Below are positions 57,392 to 64,000 of a DNA stretch of 64,000 nucleotides, piece after piece. Numbering within the stretch: position 1 is the first letter of the stretch; the number at the start of each line of letters is the position of its first letter. This stretch comes from Gemmatimonadota bacterium. Lineage in GTDB: Bacteria; Gemmatimonadota; Gemmatimonadetes; Gemmatimonadales; GWC2-71-9. The notes beneath the pieces are model-generated. The model ran no database searches. It had not been told where the DNA came from and saw only the letters and a program-made list of their open reading frames with translations. Made by a program: the position numbers and the translations under genes. Location: NCBI GenBank assembly GCA_039588295.1, contig JBDHAB010000001.1:32001-96000 (forward strand), read 5' to 3'.

Positions 57392-58330
57392 CTAATCTTC
57401 GTCCGGTCCGTCGACGGTCTCGACCACGTGTTCGTACACGAGACGCGACAGGTCGGCGATCAACTCGTCGGCGACATCGTCATTCGCGATGCCGCGTGTG
57501 AGCACCACCAGCACGTATGCCCTGCCATTTGGGAGGTACACGATGCCGCCGTCGTGTCGGATCTCGGTGATCGAACCCGTCTTGTGCGCCACACGCACGT
57601 CGGGAGGGAGGCCTGCGGGAATTCCTTCGTTGAACTCCTGGCGGGCGAGAATGTCGATCATGTCACGGCTCGACTCGGGGCTCGCGGCTCGGTGTTCGGC
57701 AATAGCGGTGAAGATCACCCCTAAGTCTCTCGCGGTCGTAGTGTTGCTGAGGCCCGCCTCGTACGCTTTGATATCCTCCACCCCGCGGAGCACGGCAATG
57801 GAGTCGGCACCTAGTTCCCGCATGGTTGCCTGAGCGCGGTCTGCACCGACCAACTCGATCAAGATGTTGGTCGCGAGGTTGCTCGAGACCGTGATCATAA
57901 GCTCGGTGAGCCGGCGTAGCGATTCCCGCTGGCCGATACGACGATAGAGCGTCGTGTCGCCGTCGTCAGGCGCGCTCAAATCGTAGGCTGATCCATCAAC
58001 GATCGACCGGAACGTCTTCGTGAGAATCGTGCTGTCGTCCAACGACCGAATCCCCGCTTCCTGGTCCCGGAACAGCTGGATCATGACCGGGACCTTCATC
58101 ATGCTCGCAGCGTGAACACGGGCATCGGGACTCATGAGGACGGAATCCCCGGTCCCGAGGTCTCGGAAGTAGAACCCCACGGTTTCGGCTGAACTCCCGG
58201 CGACGGTGGACTCCAACACGAGGCGGAAATCGGCGAGACGATCACGCTGGCACGAAGTCGCCGCGAACAGGGCACTCGCGGTCATTAGCAGACGACGGAC
58301 GACGGGCATGGGACTCCGGATCATACGCAT
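57392..58330 (-). CDS. Class A beta-lactamase-like serine hydrolase (lipoprotein)
   Basis: ASMMK, SSN, AHKTG motifs; lipobox-like ATSC. Confidence 0.85.
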   Translation of the reverse strand: MRMIRSPMPVVRRLLMTASALFAATSCQRDRLADFRLVLESTVAGSSAETVGFYFRDLGTGDSVLMSPDARVHAASMMKVPVMIQLFRDQEAGIRSLDDSTILTKTFRSIVDGSAYDLSAPDDGDTTLYRRIGQRESLRRLTELMITVSSNLATNILIELVGADRAQATMRELGADSIAVLRGVEDIKAYEAGLSNTTTARDLGVIFTAIAEHRAASPESSRDMIDILARQEFNEGIPAGLPPDVRVAHKTGSITEIRHDGGIVYLPNGRAYVLVVLTRGIANDDVADELIADLSRLVYEHVVETVDGPDED

Positions 58331-58412
58331 GATGGGTCGGGAATATACCGACCGTTCTCATCCCCTCAAGCACGCTTCTTGTTGGAGCTTCGCCATTACA
58401 GTATTCCTCATC

Positions 58413-58937
58413 GTGACTCGCCTCATCCATCTCGAGTACCGTCGCCCCGGCAAGCCTGCCATGCCGTACCATGAGTGGCTGGTTCTGGATCGCCCCGATG
58501 TCAAGGTCCTTCTCTTGGAACCGTACGAGGGAAAGACCGTGCTGGTGGGCGGACAGCCGATCCAGGATTCCGGCGCTCCGATCGTATGGTTTGTATTCCC
58601 GGAACGCTGGTACGACATCGGACGGTTTCACCTCGGGGATGAGCGGTTCACGGGCTGGTACACCAATCTCTGCCGACCACCACAGATCGAAGGCGACCGC
58701 TGGATCGGCAACGATCTGTTCTTGGACCTCTGGCAACCGGTCCGTGGGCCGTCACAATGGCTGGACGAGGATGAGTTTGAAGCTGCTGTGCGCGACAGGC
58801 TCCTCGATGAGCCCACCCGGCAGCGAGTCCTGAACGAGCGGGTGTTGATCGACCTGCAGCTACGAGAGCAGGCCTGGCCGCCGGCCATTGCGCAAGACAT
58901 CGATCTGTCGCAGGCTCGGGTGCTGAGAAGGACCTAG
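58413..58937 (+). CDS. DUF402 family protein
   Basis: WYDIGRFH, GWYTNL, DLFLDLW, WLDEDEF. Confidence 0.85.
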   Translation: MTRLIHLEYRRPGKPAMPYHEWLVLDRPDVKVLLLEPYEGKTVLVGGQPIQDSGAPIVWFVFPERWYDIGRFHLGDERFTGWYTNLCRPPQIEGDRWIGNDLFLDLWQPVRGPSQWLDEDEFEAAVRDRLLDEPTRQRVLNERVLIDLQLREQAWPPAIAQDIDLSQARVLRRT

Positions 58938-59052
58938 CGGCCACCCGGCTGGCTCCAACCGGGCGTCGTTTCGATGTGCATCCGAGTTATTTCGACGCCG
59001 CCCCCCCACTCACTGTGTCCTACGCTGGTCCGGTGTGCCACGGGTCCGGATC

Positions 59053-62000
59053 ATGCTCAAAGACGCACTGCACCAACTCCATACCGCATCCCACGCCGCC
59101 GCATTCCTGAAGCGAATCGGCTATGACCCCGCCGACGAGTTGTCTGTCGACGGAGCGCAGGTGGTCGCACGTTGGAAAGGGTTCAAGGTCGTCGTGGCGG
59201 ACTCGGCGGAACCAAAAGAAGCCGCGCGGGCGCTAGCTCGACGGCTCGCAGCAGCGGGGGAACGTGCCCTCGTCCTCATCCTGGGAACGGAGCACCTGGC
59301 GGTTGCAGCGCCACGGCTGGGGTCTAGTGGTAGCTCCCGCGTCCTGCTGGTGTCCAAGTCGGAACCGTCCGCATGGGCACTGGATCAACTCGAGCGACTG
59401 CGACCTCGCGGTTCCACGAGCGCACTGGTGCACGCGCTGCGAATTGCGGACGTCCTCTCCGCCGAAGCCGCTGGCGACCGGTTCTTCACCGAGTTCCGCA
59501 TCCAGCTCGAGCAAATGGCTGCTTCGCTGGAACCCCGGGGGAGTCTGGCGGACCGTCGCATGGTGGCTCTGTTCGCGCTGACGCGAACCCTGTTTCTCTA
59601 CTTCATCCAGGCCAAGGGATGGCTCGACGGCAAGAACGACTATCTCCGCGTGCTGTTCGACAACAGCCTTGCCGATCGCGCCGACTTTCACCGTTCGGTG
59701 CTGAACCCCCTCTTCTTCGGCACGCTCAATCGCCCAGCCGCCGAACGGCGCTTCGATCATGCGCTAGGCAGTATTCCGTACCTCAACGGTGGTCTCTTCG
59801 AGCCACATCCGCTCGAGCGGCGCCTCGGCCTCGCGCATTTCTCCAACGAATCGTGGCGCAAGGTGTTCGAGCAACTCTTCGATCGATACCGCTTCTGTGC
59901 TCGGGAGGCCGACGAAGTGAACGCGATTGCTCCCGACATGCTGGGTCGGGTGTTCGAGCGAGTCATGGCGGCGGACTTGCGACGAAACACCGGAACTTTC
60001 TATACGCCGGAGACGGTGGTGCGGGAGCTCGTAGAGACGGCACTCGCCACTGCTCTGGTAGGAATCGGCGGCTTGACGGAGCAGACAGTTGCCCGGCTCA
60101 TGGCGCGTGGCACACTGTCCGAGAACGAGCGACAGCAAGCCGTAACGGCCCTGCGAAGTCTTCGTGTGGTCGATCCGGCGGCAGGCTCTGGCGCCTTTCT
60201 GCTCGGGGCGCTCGAGGTCCTCACGGAGTTGACGTTGCTGGTCGATCAGGAACCTGCTGCACGACCGAAGTCCGCCCTGCGCAAGCGGGTCCTGTGCGAG
60301 AATCTCTTCGGCGTCGACCTCAACCCAGTTGCGGTTCGTCTGGCGGAGCTTCGGCTCTGGCTGGCGGTGGTCGCCGACGACACGACGACCGACCCAGCAG
60401 AGGTTGCCCCGCTTCCCAACCTCGATGGAGTCGTCAGGCAGGGAAACAGCCTGCTGGATCCGCTGGGTGCCGCGAGACGGGACCAACTCGGGACCAGCCC
60501 CACCATTAGCCAGGCTGCCGCGGCGCTGCAAGCAACCCGAAAGCGACTGTTTCACGCTTGCGGCGGCGCGACGCAACGGATGCACCGCGAGCTCCGCCGC
60601 CGCGAGTTCCAACTCGCCCGTGAGACACTCACTCAGGCGCTTCGACAGACGGATCATGTGCTCGAAGACCTCCAGGCGGCTGCGAAAGGAAGGAATCTGT
60701 TCGGCCGTCGAAGCGGTCTGACCCGCACTCAACAACGGCGCTACCGAACGGTCAAGAGGAACCGCACCGACCTGCGTCGGGCACTCGCCGACCTCGACGA
60801 TGGGACCTTGCCATTCTTCTCATTCGAGATCCAGGCTGCCGACATTATCGCAGCAGGTGGCTTCCACGTCGTCCTCGGGAACCCGCCATGGGTCCGGGCG
60901 GAGCGACTGCCGGAACGCGAGCGCACGACGCTTCACGACCGGTTCAGCTGGTGGCGGAGCGAGACGCGCAGCGGGTATGCACACCTTCCCGATCTCGCGG
61001 TCGCCTTCCTGCAGCGTGCACTTGAGCTGACGGCCCCGGGCGGCACGGTCGGCTTTCTCGTTCCAAGCAAAGTTGCATCGGCTGCCTACGCGCAGGCTGC
61101 CCGGGACCATCTCGTGCGCGAGACGACCATGAAGTACGTGCACCGAATCCCAGACCGACAAGCCAACCGATTCGCTGCCACAACCTATCCACTGGCCATT
61201 GTCGTTCGGAACGAACCTCCCTCCGCACGGCACGCTGTGCGCCTCGGATTCGTCGATAGTGGTTCGGTTCAGCAGGCATCGCTTGCACGGCAGGGTCCGT
61301 GGATACTCGTGCCAGATCGATTTCGCGACGCGCTCGACGCGTTCTGCGAGAGTGGACGCCCGTTGGCGGAGATCGCCCGGCCCGCCCTGGGTGTGAAGAC
61401 GGGAGCGGATCGCATCTTCGTCGGTGTTCCGTTGGAGACGGGTCCAAGGATATGGCGGATCAAGATCGGCGGTGGTGTGGTCGAGCTCGAACCCGAGGTT
61501 CTCCGTCCGGCCCTCCGCGGGCGTGATGTCGCCGCATGTAGCGCTCGCCCCGTCAGGGTCTTGCTCTGGGGATACGATCAGGTGGGCCGACCGAGACAGC
61601 GACTTCCAATGCACGCTGCGAGCTATGTAAACCGGTGGCACCGCAGGCTCGCGAATCGGACGGATTATCACAGCGGACCACCCTGGGTGCTGTTTCGGAC
61701 GCAACCGGCCTTCGCTCGGCATCGCGTGGTGTGGCCGGACATTGCCCGCCGCCCGAAAGCCTGCGTCCTCGACGAGACTTCGGTCTCGGAGGCAATTCCG
61801 CTCAACAGTTGTTACGTGGCCTCTGCACCGGACCGCCGAACGGCGCTGGCAATCTCCGCCGTCATGAACAGCACCTGGGCCGCCGCTCTCGCGGCAATCA
61901 CGGCAGACGAGGCACGCGGAGGCTATCGTCGGATCAACGCCCGCGTGGTCTCGCGCCTCCCGATTCCCGTGAACGAGCAGGCCCAGAGGCAGCTCGCAAC

Positions 62001-62130
62001 AATCATGGACCATGCACACAAGGAGCCACACGTCGGTGGCGCGGACATCGACCTCGCGGTCGCGGAGGCGCTCGCGCTTCCCCGGCGCGTTCAAGACTGT
62101 CTTCGTAGATTGGCCGCGAATCACAGCTGA
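59053..62130 (+). CDS. Large N6-adenine DNA methyltransferase (Eco57I/Type IIG-like MTase-TRD)
   Basis: PYLNGGLF, GTFYTP, motif I DPAAGSGAFL, motif IV GNPPW, TaqI-C-like tail; start 59035 or 59053. Confidence 0.88.
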   Translation: MLKDALHQLHTASHAAAFLKRIGYDPADELSVDGAQVVARWKGFKVVVADSAEPKEAARALARRLAAAGERALVLILGTEHLAVAAPRLGSSGSSRVLLVSKSEPSAWALDQLERLRPRGSTSALVHALRIADVLSAEAAGDRFFTEFRIQLEQMAASLEPRGSLADRRMVALFALTRTLFLYFIQAKGWLDGKNDYLRVLFDNSLADRADFHRSVLNPLFFGTLNRPAAERRFDHALGSIPYLNGGLFEPHPLERRLGLAHFSNESWRKVFEQLFDRYRFCAREADEVNAIAPDMLGRVFERVMAADLRRNTGTFYTPETVVRELVETALATALVGIGGLTEQTVARLMARGTLSENERQQAVTALRSLRVVDPAAGSGAFLLGALEVLTELTLLVDQEPAARPKSALRKRVLCENLFGVDLNPVAVRLAELRLWLAVVADDTTTDPAEVAPLPNLDGVVRQGNSLLDPLGAARRDQLGTSPTISQAAAALQATRKRLFHACGGATQRMHRELRRREFQLARETLTQALRQTDHVLEDLQAAAKGRNLFGRRSGLTRTQQRRYRTVKRNRTDLRRALADLDDGTLPFFSFEIQAADIIAAGGFHVVLGNPPWVRAERLPERERTTLHDRFSWWRSETRSGYAHLPDLAVAFLQRALELTAPGGTVGFLVPSKVASAAYAQAARDHLVRETTMKYVHRIPDRQANRFAATTYPLAIVVRNEPPSARHAVRLGFVDSGSVQQASLARQGPWILVPDRFRDALDAFCESGRPLAEIARPALGVKTGADRIFVGVPLETGPRIWRIKIGGGVVELEPEVLRPALRGRDVAACSARPVRVLLWGYDQVGRPRQRLPMHAASYVNRWHRRLANRTDYHSGPPWVLFRTQPAFARHRVVWPDIARRPKACVLDETSVSEAIPLNSCYVASAPDRRTALAISAVMNSTWAAALAAITADEARGGYRRINARVVSRLPIPVNEQAQRQLATIMDHAHKEPHVGGADIDLAVAEALALPRRVQDCLRRLAANHS

Positions 62131-62179
62131 TCAGCTGCGCGCGGTCCGGGAGCCGATCGCCTGGAAGCTCACCGACTTC

Positions 62180-64000
62180 GTGCGAACTCCGCCGGCGCGA
62201 TTGGTACCGATATTCCGTCAGGCGGCCGCCGGTGTGCGGACGGACGGTTGGAATCCGCCCACCTGGCTCCTACCCCATCAGGTCGACGCGGCCAGACGCA
62301 CCGCGGCGAGCCTCGAGGTGTTTGGCGGAGCGCTGTTGGCTGACGCAGTCGGCCTGGGCAAGACGTTCGTCGCTCTCGCGGTTGCCACCCGCTACCACCG
62401 GCTCACTGCCGTGGTGCCGGCCGCCCTCCACGTCCAGTGGCGACAGGCTGCCGACAGGTTGGGAATCGACCTTACCGTCGTCTCACACGAAGCACTGAGC
62501 CATGGCGCCGCAGTGCCTGATGCGGACCTCGTGGTTGTCGACGAAGCCCATCGCTTCAGGAATCCGACGACGCAACGATATGACCGTCTCGCGCGAGGGC
62601 TCCGAACAGCACATCTGCTGCTCGTAACGGCAACCCCCGTTGTCAACCGACCAGACGATCTCGTCCACCTCCTGCGTCTGTTCCTCCCGGATCATGGTCT
62701 CGCCCTCCTGGGGCTGCCCTCGTTGGCGCTCGCCTTGGCAAAACGCGATTTAGCCGCCATCGCCCATGCGTCCACCCCATTGATCGTTGCCCGATCCCAC
62801 ACCGTCTTGGACAGACTTCGAACACCGTTCCCTCGGCCGCTCGACGGTCCTGTCCGTTGCTCCCCGCCCCTGCCAGCCCCGCTCCTGACCGATCTGCTGG
62901 CCACGCTCGACACGCTCGAGTTTCCGGCGTTTCGTGGTGAGCAGGCAGCACACCTGCTCCGGGCACACATCCTTCACCGGCTCGCCTCTTCGGCGGCGGC
63001 GTGTCGCGACAGCCTCCGACGGCACCTCGCCTATCTCGATCGCGCATTCGTAACCGGCGCGGACGGTCCCCTGGCTCGAGGTTCGGCCCGCAAGCTGTTT
63101 GGATCGGGAGACGCGCTCCAGCTGGAGCTTGCGGCGCTCGAGGCGATTCCGCTTCACCAACGCACTGTCGAGCGCGAGCGGGCCAGGATCCTCGCTGCCC
63201 TTGAGCGACTCCCAATGCGGTCACATCCGAACCCCAAGGCCCGCCAACTCGCTCAGATCCTGGCGGGGCGCGCTGATGGCCAGACCATCGTCTTTACCAC
63301 CGCAGCAGCGACGGCCTACGACCTGGCGAGCCGGCTGGGGTGGCGTGAGGTGGCAGTCGTGGCGGCGGGTCACGCTCAGATTGCCTCGGGCCGAATCTCC
63401 GTCGACGGAGCGCTCAATCTGTTCGCACCGCACGCTCGTGCCACCCCCAACTCGTCGCCAACCCAACGCGTGGTCACGCTCATCGCGACCGACCTCGTCA
63501 GCGAAGGCCTCGACCTCCAGGACGCCGATGCCATCGTGCACTACGACCTTCCATGGACACCGCTTCGCCTGGCGCAACGTCTAGGAAGAATCGCGCGACT
63601 CGGATCAACACACGCAGTTGCCCTCGTACACTGGTTCGTCCCGCCACCGCCGCTAGAACGCCGCCTTCAACTCTGCGTCAGGCTCGCGTGCAAACAGCGA
63701 TCGCAACTGTCGCTCGCCGTGCCTACAACGAGTGCAGTCGGGAAGGCTCAGGTGCTGAACAGCGTGCTTGAGTACCGGGAGCGACTGATCGCGAGGACAC
63801 TCGATGGGGAATCGCGCTCAATGCCACGCCCGCCGGAGCCGCCGCGCACCCTCAGAAGCGGCATCCCGTTCGCCGTGGTGCCCGAGATCGATGTTGTGGC
63901 CCTTGCCATTCGTTGGGACGTCGGCTCTCTGCCGGTACGGGAAATCGTGGTGATTCGCGATTCGACCGGGGACGACGTCGGGGACTTCGGGTACCTCCAC
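62180..64000 (+). CDS. SNF2-like SF2 helicase (3'-truncated by the window; absent from the ORF track)
   Basis: Manual translation of frame +2: LLPHQ, LLADAVGLGKT, VVVDEAHRFRN, TATPVVN, TDLVSEGLDLQ, YDLPWTP, QRLGRIAR; open to the window end; start approximate. Confidence 0.88.
   Translation, partial: MRTPPARLVPIFRQAAAGVRTDGWNPPTWLLPHQVDAARRTAASLEVFGGALLADAVGLGKTFVALAVATRYHRLTAVVPAALHVQWRQAADRLGIDLTVVSHEALSHGAAVPDADLVVVDEAHRFRNPTTQRYDRLARGLRTAHLLLVTATPVVNRPDDLVHLLRLFLPDHGLALLGLPSLALALAKRDLAAIAHASTPLIVARSHTVLDRLRTPFPRPLDGPVRCSPPLPAPLLTDLLATLDTLEFPAFRGEQAAHLLRAHILHRLASSAAACRDSLRRHLAYLDRAFVTGADGPLARGSARKLFGSGDALQLELAALEAIPLHQRTVERERARILAALERLPMRSHPNPKARQLAQILAGRADGQTIVFTTAAATAYDLASRLGWREVAVVAAGHAQIASGRISVDGALNLFAPHARATPNSSPTQRVVTLIATDLVSEGLDLQDADAIVHYDLPWTPLRLAQRLGRIARLGSTHAVALVHWFVPPPPLERRLQLCVRLACKQRSQLSLAVPTTSAVGKAQVLNSVLEYRERLIARTLDGESRSMPRPPEPPRTLRSGIPFAVVPEIDVVALAIRWDVGSLPVREIVVIRDSTGDDVGDFGYLH

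Noticed and set aside
57392..58330. Bona fide antibiotic-resistance beta-lactamase
   Set aside because: Only fold-level motifs; no mobile context; activity cannot be inferred from the sequence
62232..64000. Short ORFs listed in the track over the last 1.8 kb
   Set aside because: All overlap the continuous frame +2 helicase gene that runs off the window

Overview
GC-rich bacterial chromosomal window. The gene repertoire (ECF sigma + Ser/Thr kinase pair, DUF5916, DUF481, DUF402, MTase-SNF2 pair) suggests Gemmatimonadota, but that is inference. 2.4-12.9 kb is a TetR-headed operon for anaerobic benzoyl-CoA degradation: had, oah, an SDR, a thiolase with a DUF35 partner, dch, a class I benzoyl-CoA reductase with Thauera-like BcrC/BcrB but two short activator subunits, and a small CxxC protein. 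It is followed by LeuB/LeuA-like genes and IorAB. 19-32 kb is an accessory-looking block: an ECF/kinase pair, a ~490-bp tandem duplication encoding two diversified Cys-rich mini-lipoproteins, a divergent beta-oxidation pair, a highly structured unannotated RNA-like element with a 14-nt perfect complement to the 16S rRNA 3' end and a 20-codon ORF, and a decayed att-like copy of the tRNA-Gln 3' end. The rest is mostly housekeeping (tRNA-Ala/Gln, rnz, MlaEFD split by mutY, nadE, TupA-like, MntR/DtxR with its operator, DAACS transporters, peptidases), punctuated by bipartite heptamer intergenic repeats. The window ends in an N6-adenine methyltransferase plus a SNF2-like helicase that is missing from the ORF track. 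All family assignments come from motif recognition by eye; no database searches were run.
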